Shown here in pieces: positions 12,601 to 24,600 of a DNA stretch of 64,000 bases. Positions within the stretch are counted from its first letter, which is position 1, and each line of letters begins with the position of its first letter. The position numbers were made by a program, and so were the translations under genes. The notes beneath the pieces were generated by a model that was given only the letters and a program-made list of their open reading frames with translations, was not told the DNA's origin and ran no database searches. The stretch is from Takakia lepidozioides (Eukaryota; Plantae; Bryophyta): positions 51,584,001 to 51,648,000 of the forward strand of contig CM060733.1 in NCBI GenBank assembly GCA_030704615.1. Direction: 5' to 3'.

Positions 12601-15600
12601 TCAGCAAGTACAAGCGCTGAAGACTACTAAAGGTGCAGTGGTGACTTCATCGGTTGACATTGTCAAAACCTTTGAAACTCACTACAGTATCCTTGGCAGA
12701 ACTTCTAGGTCTAACAGTGAGGGGTCTTCTGCTGAATGGAGGGACACAGTTGGAAAAACTGTTCCTATGATTCAAAACAGCCCTGATGAACTGGAGTATA
12801 TTTCAATGGCTTATAACGCTCCCATTAGTTCTTCTGAGATTGTGGAAGCAATTGAACATTTAAATGGATATAAAGCTGGTGGACCTGATGGTATTGTCAA
12901 CGAGCTTATCAAGCACGGTGGCGATCCCATGATAGAGGCCCTAGTTCTCCTCTTTAACCTTATCTGGAAGACTGAAATGATCCCCTTTCGCTGGCGACAG
13001 GGGGTCATTGTCAATCTATACAAGAAGGGTGACAGAGAAGAACCGGGGAACTACCGTGGCATCACGCTCCTCAATGCGGTTGGCAAGACATTCTGCAGAG
13101 TTATTAGTACTCGTCTCGAGGTTGATCTGGAGTCTAGAGGTTGTTTCCACGAAGGCCAAGCTGGCTTTCAGCGAAACAGGGGCTGTGTGGATCATATCTT
13201 CACTCTAAGCCAGATTATCCAGGGAAGGAAAAAAGAAGGGAAACCCACTTATGTTGATTTCCTGGATGTCAAAAAGGCTTATGACACAGTGTGGAGAGAT
13301 GGCCTATGGTTCCGCCTCTGGTCTTGTGGGATCAAGGGAAAGATGTGGAGAGTTGTCCACAACTTGTATGCTCACACCAAAAGCTGTGTCACTGTTAACG
13401 GACAGAAGTTCAACTTCTTTGACATAGACCAAGGTGTAGCTCAAGGATGTACTCCCTCCCCTCTGCTCTTCAATGTTTTCATCAATCAACTCCTCGAGGA
13501 TGTGGAAAGTGAGGGATTTGGGTTAAGGGTGGGTGATACCACCATACCAGCCCTTATGTTTGCGGATGACTTCGCAGGCATAGGGGAGACTCCAACCAAT
13601 CTCCAGGAGTTGATTGATTGCGCGAAGAGATACTTTGATCTTTGGGGGCTAGAGGCTAATGTCAGCAAATGTGCAGTGGTAGCATTCAACGACAGAGGAG
13701 AGGGAGGAAGTGATCTTAAGTGGCAGTGGGGTAGCCAAGAGATCCCGGTCCTCCCTTCCTACAATTACCTGGGCGTTGAGTTTTCCTCCAATTGTAATTG
13801 GGATGCACATATCCGGAAAGTTGTTCAAACTGGCAAGGGCAAAGCTCTGGGGCTCACTAAATTTTTCCACTGCAGAGGGGTCAACTCTGAGGTTAAGAAA
13901 ACCATGCTTTGTCGCGTTATTAGACCTGCCTTGGAGTACGGATCTGCTATATGGGTTGATAACTCCAACCAGGCTAAGTCTCTAGAATCCATTCAAGTGG
14001 GGGTGCTTAAGGAGTGTATGTCAGCATGCTCCAAAACAGCCAATGTGGCTGTTCGGGGTGAGTTTGACATTCCGTCCTTAAGCTCCCGACGAGATGAATT
14101 CAAGGTCAGATGGTGGGGTCAGCTGCAACATATGCCCAACACCAGATATCCTAAGTTAATCGGCTCTATATCTTGGAAACAGGACCGCCCTGTCAAACAG
14201 GCTAAGTCCTGGCAGAAGAGAGTAGAAGAGATTCTCAAGGACCTGGACCTGGATCCGCAAGTCTTGACCCTGCTGGATAAATCTGACTGAGAGGCTGTAG
14301 TGTCCAAAGCCATGTCTGTTGCCATGAGATTGTCTGATGAAAATGAAGTTAGGCAGAAAACTTCCCTGAACTTGTTTCCAGTCAGTGACATGGGGGAGGA
14401 CATCTTGGATGACCTCAAGGGTCTACCCACTCTCGGCACTAGACTGAAATTTAAACTCAGGGCAGGAAGCCTACCTTTGAACAGCAAACAGAAGCAGAGA
14501 GGAAAGGGAGAGTGCAATTGCCCGTTGTGTGGGCAATCTGAAGACAGTATTCATTTTCTGATACACTGTCCGGGGTTCTCTCACCAAAGAGACGCTCTCT
14601 TCAAATCTATCAAGGGAATTGTGCCTGTACCCCTGTTTACCAACTTTGAAAGTCTCGAGGCTGAGCCAAAAGCCCAGGCCCTCCTGAGGCCTAGTTTTTG
14701 GGCAAATCACACACAGCAGATTGATGCTTGTGTGAAGGGATTTCAAGAGGATATCTGGAAAACCCGGATTAATTCTATATATGAAGGTAAGTCTTACTAC
14801 CAACGTCAGCCCCTGACAGAGGTAGGTTCTGTCCCTTTTGTTCCCGCTCAAACTGGGCACGGGGTCAATGGCCACAAGGCTACGGCAAACAACGTCTTAT
14901 GAGTACAATCTCTGGATTCAGCCTCAGCATAGAACACAGTCCAAGCGGCATTGGAGTTCTTCTATAGAAATTATTTTTGTGGGTCTAGTATGTGCCATGG
15001 GCCCTCTGGGGCTTTTGTGCACATAATAATTTGTTTTTTCTTTTCCTCTTTTCTTCATCGTCAATATGTTCTTCCCTCCTCGATGAGATTGAATGAGAAG
15101 AGGACTGGAACATGACGCCAAAGAGTGAAAAGAGTCATGATGAAGCTTTCCCAAGTGCAAACTGAGGTTTGAATCTGGCGAACAGTGAAACTCATTGGCA
15201 GATAATGACTCCTGTGCTTGATCAATATATGCCTAACCCTCTTCACACCTTCATGGTCCCCTCATTCAATATGTAGGAAATCATCTCCTCACCCTCCCCC
15301 CCATCCAACACAATGAAAAGTGAGTCATCAAATGATCATGCAAATGACTTCATGATAATGCAAAAGAATTTGCAGATGAGGATGCTACCAGTGAATCTAG
15401 ACACTATGAAAGGCAGCTGCAATTTGAGCACTTGACGATTAGGTTTGTGATCTGACTCCATTTGCAAGGCAGTTGAATGGCACAGGTCATTCACTCGCCT
15501 ACCACACATCCCGTCTCAATTAATACATGTAATGCTTCTACTTGTCCATTTACTAACACAGAAGCACACATGGATGCCATTCTTAAGCCACAAGACCGGG

Positions 15601-16374
15601 CGAGCAACTCGCTGCATTGCAAGAGTTAACAGTTTGGAGACTGCAGATTGGAGATACATTTAGTGAAGAGCCAGAGTGAAAACAAGTTTTGCTATATGGC
15701 CAAGGAACAAAAGAACAGTTGAGCTGTTTTCGACTTGAAAGCTTAGGTTGGTCTAGGGTTGCGTTTATAGACTCATGATGGGCATGCATAGATCTTTTGC
15801 AGGATGGGATCCAAGCTACAGGTTCAGTTGGGAACCCAGCTGATCAATTCCTACTCACGGGAACTGTCTTGACATTATCTCATCTGGACCAGCCAAGGAA
15901 AGGACAAGCAGTTGAAAGCACTGACATGATTCCCATTCATGGAAACTGTATGGAAATACCTGATCTGTCCCACCCAACAAAAGGTGAACTTGCATTTCAA
16001 GTAGCTTAAGCATTCACAAATAGGAAAAAAAATTCAATGGACAAGGAGGTAAGGCAGGCGAGAGGGTCGGCACATGCCTGCAGTTCGGTCAACATTCTTC
16101 CAGGCCTCCTCGCCTCCCAAAACGTCATCCACGTCCTTCTTTTTCAGTGTCAGCTTCTTGCTTATCTGCACGCATCTTCATCTCACACCTTGGTGTGCAA
16201 ACAGGAACAATCAACGAGACCAGGAAAATTCAGAGAAGACAGAAAACGGATGTCCCATACCTGTCGTTCAATTGGGAAGATGTAGGGGCAAGTGGGGCAG
16301 AAGAAGCGCAAAGAGCGACCCAGGCTGGGATGCTCCACTAACAGCAGATTGGCGCATGTCGGACAAAACTCCAT
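9679..16374 (-). CDS. RPC10: DNA-directed RNA polymerase III subunit RPC10/C11 (110 aa). Exons 16374-16261, 16165-16078, 9809-9679
   Basis: MEFCPTCANLL..FFCPTCPY zinc ribbon; KKKDVDDVLGGEEAWKNVDRT; TFIIS-like C-terminus CLRC..QIRSADEPMTTFYKC..W. Exon lengths 114+88+131=333 nt. Intron 2 has a GC donor (CAG|GCATGT). Confidence 0.93.
9881..9902 (+). repeat. (TC)11 microsatellite at the LINE insertion site
   Basis: Direct reading. Confidence 0.95.
9909..9992 (+). promoter_or_regulatory. tRNA-derived head with duplicated A box and a B box (Pol III type-2 promoter-like)
   Basis: TAGCTCAGCTGG at 9919-9930 and 9931-9942; GGTTCAAACCC at 9975-9985. Confidence 0.75.
10464..14902 (+). pseudogene. LINE polyprotein, probably one ancestral ORF with a 4-nt deletion near 10970 and a nonsense codon at 14288-14290
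   Basis: ORFs 11117-14290 and 14300-14902 are in the same frame. The repeat-unit spacing of 141 then 137 bp explains the frame change from ORF 10464-11003. Confidence 0.8.
10824..11231 (+). repeat. Three ~141-bp coding tandem repeats (E[GA]FGTLNGLPILKVYTRR) upstream of the LINE endonuclease
   Basis: Units start with GGACAA at 10824, 10965 and 11102. Confidence 0.9.
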
Positions 16375-16822
16375 CTCCAAATTACAAACAAGACCCTAAA
16401 CCCCTCTCGCACCTCCTCTGCATCTCTCTCTCTCTCTCCCTCTCTCTCTCTCGCTGGTAGAGTAGCACCCCACACGAGCCATACCACACTGGATGGATGG
16501 TAACGATAGATGACAAATGTCTGCCCTCGATGTACCGAAGGAGATGAATGAAGAACAGGGATGCTTACATGGATGGACGATGAAATATGAACAAGCGGAT
16601 TAGTGAATGGATGGTTGACTGAGCAAGATCCGTGTGGGGGGAGCAACTGAAGTGAATTACCTCCTTGGAAGGTACATCTAGGATGAAATATTACCTGTGA
16701 AGAGGTAATTCTAAGGTTCCAGGCTGGGCCTAGGATGTTAAGGTCAAAATATTTGAAAGTTTTGCCACCGACAGAATCTGTGAGGGGGCTTGTATTAGGG
16801 TTAGGTTCTCCACCAAGGGTGG

Positions 16823-16855
16823 TAGGGTTTAGGGTTTAGGGTTTAGGGTTTAGGG
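16823..16855 (+). promoter_or_regulatory. (TTTAGGG)4 telo-box / short interstitial telomeric repeat between RPC10 and the PHF5A fragment
   Basis: Plant telomere motif repeated four times; site II-like TGGGCC near 16725. Confidence 0.6.
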
Positions 16856-16918
16856 GTAGATGGTCTTGTGTGAGGGAAGGTGATGATAAGAGCGAGCAGC
16901 GAGGGTTGTAAGAGCGCG

Positions 16919-17017
16919 ATGGCGAAGCATCATCCCGATCTCATCATGTGCCGCAAGCAACCAGTAGAGAGCAGGTTTTGGCGTGAAGGATGTCTCTATG
17001 GCAAGATACATCTCTGA
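16919..17017 (+). pseudogene. PHF5A: 5' fragment of PHF5A/Rds3 (SF3b subunit)
   Basis: Translates as MAKHHPDLIMCRKQP, the highly conserved PHF5A N-terminus, then diverges and stops after 32 codons. The rest of the gene was not found in the window. Confidence 0.75.
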
Positions 17018-20000
17018 AATTTTTCTTTGATGGCAGACAATAGTAGAAGACTCGCCTTATAGAATCCAATGTTCACATCTCCTACTTGATTAGGGCAACT
17101 CTTGACAAGTAGTTCTTCCCTCGTATCTGCATTTCAGACAAACTTTTCCCCAGTTCTGGTATCTCCCTCAATCTGTTATTTGATCTTGATCTCTTTTATT
17201 TTCTCCTTGAAGCGACCAGCTCCAATCAGAACCTCAATCACATACATTCCACGTCAATTTCAGGTGCTACAACATATGCTGGCATATGGTTTCTTCATAC
17301 AGCTGTGCTTTTCCCTCTCCAGGTTGAGGAATTACTGGTGGCAGGAGTTAATGATCGAACAACCAACAATGTCTGCTTATGTGTTGAAACAAGAACTCAC
17401 ACAGAGAATCTTCTATTGAGCAAAGGAAGTTTCAATTGGATTTCAGTAGGAATTTTTTTATTTTTTTTTTTTTGGAACAGGGGTAATGGAGACCTGATTA
17501 ATTTTATTCAAAAATTATTTTGGGAAAAAAAAATTAAAACCCCGATTAAACATAAGGCACACTCACCTTGATCAGTGTAGGAGGAACCATGCATCCTCCC
17601 AAAGGTGGATTTTCAAGGAACTAAATAAAGGGACAGATCTCGAGAACGAAGATCCCAATGAATTTTATTTTTTTTTGGTTTTTTAAAGAAAAAGGACGGA
17701 GGCCCTTTTAATCAAATTAACTGAAAAGTAGTCACAATAGTGGAAAAATAACCACCGAAGAAGCCGTGAAGGCTAACTGAGAGGAAACTAGAATCGTCTT
17801 ACTGCAACAACATTGCTTGCGACCGCTCATGATGCCACTTTTGGCATCACCTTGAGCAAGGATTCACCTTGAACCCTTTTTGACTCGGAAGATGACCTTG
17901 AACCAACCGCGCGTCCCAATCATTACAATTGGGTCTGCCTTGGAATGTTGGCATGAGGTACGGGAACACGCCGAAGCCGCACTACGACTTCGTCCCGAGG
18001 TTACACGATTATAGTATGTGAACGAAGCACGTAGCTTCCGCGTTAGTCCACACTACAAGACAACCCTCTCGGTAGTGCAGTTATAGTACGCGCACACGTT
18101 AGGTGCGCACTAACACGTGAACTCCCAAAGAATGCGCAAGTTTCTTTGCCCCTTGGATGGGAATCACCCGATTTCAGCACTGCGCAAACACACAATTAAT
18201 CCAATTTACCTCTCCAAATTTTGTAAGTTAGCATGCATTCTACACACTAGCCAATCATACCTGCATCACCATTCCAAACAAAATAGGAAGCACAACATTT
18301 GGCAACCATTTCATTTATAAACAAAATTTGTACAACACAAGTTTTTGCAATCGGATTCTTGAGCTAGCTAAGCCGGACTAAGCATGCATTTCCTCCCCCA
18401 CGATCCAAGATTGATGTCCCCATCAACACTTCTTCCGTTTTTGAGGTCGCCCTTCGAAAGCTGCAACCACCTCGGATGCGTTTCTCATTTCTAAGGTACG
18501 CACCCAAGTTGCCTCCACTTGATGATAGCCCTTCTATTTCACGAGATACTCCGTTTCTCGATTCTTGAACCTCCTCGACTTAAACACTGTCTCCACCTCG
18601 TACTCAAGTTCATTTTCATTATCCAACAGGTGGCGGATGCAACACTTGATGCCAATTCGGACGCGCTTCATCTTTGAAATAAGGCTTCAAAATGGAGACG
18701 TGGAATACCGGATGTACTTTGTTGTTTGCCGGCAGCTCCAATTCATACACATCCTCATTCATAACCTTCTGGATGCGAAAGGGCCTCGCATACGGAAGTA
18801 CGAACTTTGGACTCACTTCCGGAGGTAGTTGAAAATTCTTGATGTTCAACCAGACCTCCATGTCTGCCTCAAACTTAACGTCCCTCCGCTTCCGATTCAC
18901 CTGCCATTCATACCGTTTCCTAGCTTTGGCAATGTTGTATTTTGCGAACTCCAATAAACGCTCGCGTTCTTCCAGCACCGCTGCTGCTGCCGGTTCCTCA
19001 ACATCCTGGGCGGCCCAACTTGTAAGCACCAGAGGTGCTTTTCCATAAACCAATACGAAAGGGGAAACTCCCGTTGCGGATTGTTTTGTGTTATTATAAC
19101 AGAACTCTGTCGCATCCAAGTGCTCCACCCAATCTGATTGGTCTGCCGACACATAATTCCGCAAGATCTGCTTCACCACAGAATTCACTCTTTCCATTTG
19201 GCCGTCTGTCGTAGGTCGGAAGGCGGTGCTCATCTTGAGCCTCGTCCCCGTTTTCTTCCAAAGTGCCCTCCAAAATTTACTTGTAAACTTTGGATCGCGG
19301 TCCGAGACAATATCCTTCGGAAATCCATTATGCTTGAAGACGTGAGCGAAGTAAAGTCGTCCCGTCTCCTGCGTCGTTGCCGTCTCCTTGGTGGGAATGA
19401 AATGGCCCATTTTACTAAACCTATCCACCACCACCATGATTGCATCGAATTCTTTTGACAACGGCATAGCAATCATGAAATCCATCGAGACACTTTCCCA
19501 AGACCCTTCTGGAATCGGCAAGGTTTGTAACAGCCCCGCTTGCTTTTTGTACTTGCTCCGATTTTGTTGGCATGGGGTGCATGTCTTGACATACTCTTCG
19601 GCCTCCTCCCTCAGTTTGGGCCAGAAATACTCTTTCTTCAAGAGTGACGCGGTGCGCTTGGCTCCGTCATGGCCCGCAAGCGGGCCATTGTGGCGTTCTC
19701 TCAAGAGACTATCTCTAATCCCTCCCTTCGGCACGTAGAGGCGCATTTGCTTGTACCGGAGCAGTCCATTGTGCAAGTGGAACTGTGATTTAACTCCCAT
19801 CCTTAAGTCCCGCATCACGGACTTCGTCACCTCATCTTTCCGGTAAGCCTTCCGGATCTTCCTTTAGAGTGCCGTCTCGCCCTTGTAAACCAACATGAGC
19901 TGTTGCGTCCTACTTAAATCATTGGCCACCACATTGTCTCGTCCCGGTTTGTACTAGATATCCACGTCAAACACTGCCAAAGTGTCTTGCCACCTAAGTT

Positions 20001-21276
20001 GTTTTGGCACCTAAGCTGCGTGGCAAAATACTTCACCGTGACATTATCAGTGAACACCTTCACCGGGTTTGTCGCGGCCCTTTGCTTTGAGGGCAGGGGA
20101 TCGGGACACAAGAATGGTGGGGGCAGTGGCAACAATAGATACGGGGGCTGAAGCACCCTTGAGTGCCCAAGGCACTCAAAGATACGGAGGCCCTCACTAG
20201 ATGGAGCCATGCACACAGGGTTGCGGTGGAGGTGGTTCCACAAGGGGTGGTGGTAGCTTAGTGGGACTTAGTGGGGGTGGCATAGGACTCACCATGGGGC
20301 GGAGACCTTGTGGTGGGAGTTTTGGGGAGTCTTGGGACTCATCACGGTCCAATGGGGCCGTGATGGGTGGGCCAAGACTCACCGCGACTCATCACCGGGA
20401 ATCGAGGGTCTTCGTGGTGGTTCGCCATAAAAAGACGGTGTTGTTTGTGAAACCCCCGCGGACAATCACAAAAGTATATATAGGGAGTAGTAACCCCGAG
20501 AACGGTGCAAGCCCATTGGTGACCAAGAACTAGTGAGTAAGCGTGCGAGCCGGAAAGCGACCAAGGTGTGGGGAGCTTCCGGACTGCCAACAACCAAAGG
20601 GAATTCTCCACTATGTGTCAAGGACGAGAACATGACTGAACACAAACAAGAGATCAGACTAGAGGTACAAGACTAGGGAAGAAGTCAAGGTCGGCGTGGC
20701 CGTATGCACGATGAGTTACAAATAGGAATCAAGGCGATCTTTATAACAATGAACAAAGGTACAAAATATTGGAACACGACTTGAATACTGGAATGCTAGA
20801 AACTGGACTGGATTACCAGATACTGGAAACTGGGCTAGGTTACTGGGAACTGGAAACCAAAGTAGCTTGAACTTGTGTTGGCGAGACTGAAGAGTGTCCA
20901 GTCTCGTCTCCTATATATACTGGCTACTAAGAAGCTTCCCCAAGAAGCTTCCCCTGTGGAGGTTTCTTGCTGGAGAAGTTTCCAAGATTAAACAAAGGTT
21001 TCTTGATGGAGAAGCTTCCTTAAACAAATGAGGTATCTTGATAAGAAGTTTCCTCCAAAGAAAGCTTCATGAGCAGTTTCCCAAGTTATTCTTGGTAATT
21101 TGGTAAACTCCCGGTAGATCATGATAAATCACGGTAAGTCATGGTAACTTCCGGTAACATGGTAACTTGGTAATTTCTGGTATTTATTTCTGGTAAGTTC
21201 CTCTGGGCTATGTCCGTGACATCACCCCCTCCTCTAGCGCCGAGTTCCTCGAGGAGCGGTAAAATCTTGGACTTGC

Positions 21277-21678
21277 TTAGAGTTGGAGAAAATCCAAAAT
21301 CCGGCGAATGGTACTTGCCAAGTATTCGGCTCTTCGTTCTTGATTCAAATGATTTATAGGTCCCTGCAACCATCGATAGTATCCAACATCTTGAACTTGG
21401 GACCACGCAGTGATTTGAGCATTTTGATTTTCGAAGCTGCCTTCAAACATGATTTCGTTGCCCTCTGCGTCCGAAACCTCAACCTCCAACAGAATTATCA
21501 GAGTTCGGGTAGGCTTCACTTGCCATCGTACGGGGTCCAGACGAAGAAGTACGTGTCGCATTGGTGGCCCATCGTCTCGAGAGCATCGGCGTGATGTTGA
21601 AGGTCGTGAGAGTTGGAACGACTGATCTGGTAGCTGGATAAGCGACAACTCCAATGTATCTGGTTCATGTGACTCCAT
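21277..21678 (-). CDS. Extra 133-aa ORF of unknown function between pol and the PPT of family B
   Basis: Open, with the same length and stop, in the second copy at 45160-45561. Confidence 0.5.
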   Translation of the reverse strand: MESHEPDTLELSLIQLPDQSFQLSRPSTSRRCSRDDGPPMRHVLLRLDPVRWQVKPTRTLIILLEVEVSDAEGNEIMFEGSFENQNAQITAWSQVQDVGYYRWLQGPINHLNQERRAEYLASTIRRILDFLQL

Positions 21679-24600
21679 ACTGCCAATACAAGATGCAATA
21701 GTGCTGAAAGTGTAGCTATATATACTGATATGTGGTGCTTCTCCCTCTTTAGCGTATATCAGGTAAATTGAATGTGGAGTCTTCACCTTGAAGCTAACTT
21801 GATTGACATCATCATTGTGACGTCTTATTAACGTGTAGCTCGGGGCTTAGCTGGATATCGTTGATGAAACTCTTGGACTTTGTCAGATGCATTGGCGAGG
21901 TTGGATGAAGGTTCTCACGTTCGTTCGCTGATGTCGTAGCCTTTCCAATGTACGAAATACTCAAGACGTTTAACTTGATGCGAGACTCTAAGACTGGATG
22001 GATGCGCATACTTCGTGGGAGTTCAAGCCGAAAACTCACCGGATTTATTTGTCGAATAATTTTGAATGGTCCCAGGCGTTGATAATCCAACTTCTTTGAT
22101 GGTCGCAAGGTTTGTATGTCCCGTCGAAGAAGCCACACACGATCTCCGACCTTGAACTGGGATTGGAGGTGGCGATGTTGATCTGCATACTCCTTATATT
22201 GTTTTTGAGCTTCTACAAGGTGGAATGTAAGCTCCTTGTGAATCATAGCAAGATGAGTAGCAAGGTTTTCTGCAGCAGGGTTTCCAACAGTCTTTATGTG
22301 GAAAGGGTTTGCTCGAGGATGATGACCATAATTGGAGAAAAATAGAGTTTGTTTGGTCGAAGAATGTATAGTGTTGTTGTAAGCAAACTCAGCCAATGAC
22401 AGAAGGTCCGTCCAATTATCTTGGTGATAATTTATCGTACAACGAAGATACTGTTCCAAAATCTGGTTTACACGTTTGACCATCAGTCTGTGGATGATTA
22501 GTTGTAGAGAGATTGATCTTAGTATCCAATATGTGAAATAATCTCTTCCAAAAATTTGATATGAACTGTGGTCCTCGATCAGATACGATGTCCTCCGGGA
22601 GTCCATGAATGCGGTAGATATTATTGAGGAAGAGTCTTGCAGTTTCCTCGCTGGTATCCGTCTTATTACATGGAATGAAATGTGTCATCTTCGTAAAACG
22701 ATCTACAGTAACAAAGGATTGAATCGGTGGTCTTGAAAAATTGGAAGGTCAGTAATAAAGTCTATAGACACGGACGACCTTGGACCTTTGGGAATGGGTA
22801 ATGGTTGAAGAAGGCCGTAAGGTCGATGTCATGGTCCCTTCGCTCTAGCACACGTATCGCAAGATTTTATAAATTATTTCACGAGTTTCCACATCTGTGG
22901 CCACCAATAGTCCCTGGATATCAATTTCATTGTTTTGTTGAAGCCGAAATGTCCTACAGCCGGAAGATCATGACATGTTTGAAGAATTCGAAGTCGTATA
23001 GGTCCTGGAGGTACATAGAAAAGTCCCTTGAAATAAAGTAAGTCATCTTTGAATTCGAAGTCGTTTGTAACATGTGGGTTGTCTCGAGGTCGATTTAGTT
23101 GACTTCGTAGTGTCGTGGCAAATTGGTCGCTCTTCAGTGCTTCCTGTATCTCCTTTATGATCTCTACATCGTCATAGGTGGACATGGATAACATATTCAC
23201 TTGGAGATTTGCTGGTTTCAAGATGATGGATTTCTGTTGGTCAAAAGTTGCATCCCTTTCTTTTGGCGCAAGATACGATCGTCGAGAAAGAGCATCTGGT
23301 TTTCCTTGAAGATGTCCGGGACGGTAGGTAATGACAAAATCAAACCTTGCTAGTGACATACTCCAACTCGCTTAACGTCGATTCAAAACACGAGCACTCA
23401 TAAAATACTCGAGGTTTTTGTAATCGGTATAGACTGTGACCTGATGTTTAGCTCCCTCCAATAGATGATGTCACTCTTCAAAAGAATCAATAATCGCTAG
23501 AAGTTCTTTGTCATGGATTTCATAATCGATCTCCACAGCGAAAAATTTGCGAGAGCGAAAACCAACAAGGTGAAGTCGGCCATCTGTACCATATTGAGAG
23601 AGTATCGCGCCAAGTGCAAAATCCGATGCATCTGCTTCCAAAAAGAATGGTTTAGATGGGTCTGCATGTACCAGTATTGGAGCCGTTGTGAATGCCTGCT
23701 TCAGCATTTCAAATGCTTGGTCAGCCTTCTCGTCCCATACAAATTTGTCATTCCCTGTTAGTCGTGTCAATGGTGCAGCAATTTTGGAGTAGTCTTTGAT
23801 GAAGATTCTATAGAAATTTGCAAATCCTAGAAAACATTGTACATCTCGGACCGAAGTTGGTTTAATCCACTCGATGATGGTTTGTATTTTCTTCTGATCC
23901 ATAAAGACTCCTTTGTCGGAAATAATGTAACCCATAAATTCGACTTCAGATTGGTGGAAAAGATATTTTTCCAACTTGGCATATAGTCATTTTTCCCTCA
24001 ATTTATCAAGGACAAGGCGTACATGGCGACCATGTTCTTCTTCATTCTGTGAAAATATCAAAATGTCGTCCAAATAGATGACTACAAAGTCATCTAAAAT
24101 TTCTCGAAAGATGTCATTCATCATGTGTTGAAAAATTGCTGGAGCGTTTGTAAGACCGAAAGGCATAATACTGTATTCGAAATGTCCGTACATTGTGCGA
24201 AAAGCAGTCTTTCATTCGTCTCATTCTTTTATTCGTACAAGGTTGTAAGCTCCTCTCAAGACGTCGATCTTTCTGAAAAAAATTGTTCGTCCAAGTTGTT
24301 CGAGGAGTCCGGAAATCAGCGGTAGTGGGTAACGATTTTTTATAGTGACTTTGTTGAACCCACGATAGTCCACATACATGCGTAACGATCCATCCTTCTT
24401 CTTCACAAATAAGATAGGTGTTCCCGCGGGTGATTTCGAATGTCGAATGAAATCCTTTGACAAATTTTCATCAATGTATTCGCGTAAAGCAGCCAGCTCC
24501 GTCTGAGATAAATTGTAGATCGGGCCGAATGGTGGTTGAGCTCCTTCTTGCAACTCAATTGCACAATCATAAGGTCGATGTTCTGGTAACATGTCTGCAT

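Larger units (their letters stand above)
9909..14908 (+). mobile_element. Apparently full-length non-LTR retrotransposon (APE endonuclease + RT + C-terminal CCHC), antisense in RPC10 intron 2
   Basis: 10-bp TSD TCTCTGGATT at 9899-9908 and 14909-14918. EN motifs GQETW, GDFNA, IVDYI, SDH; RT motifs QG..PSPLLFN, FADD; CPLCGQSEDSIHFLIHC. Confidence 0.93.

Noticed and set aside
16823-16855. True telomere or chromosome fusion scar
   Set aside because: Only four units and in a promoter position, so a telo-box is more plausible.
17697-17701. CGGAG as the left TSD of the outer family A element (matches 38058-38062)
   Set aside because: No LTR adjoins it and homology stops at 17791, so it is likely chance.
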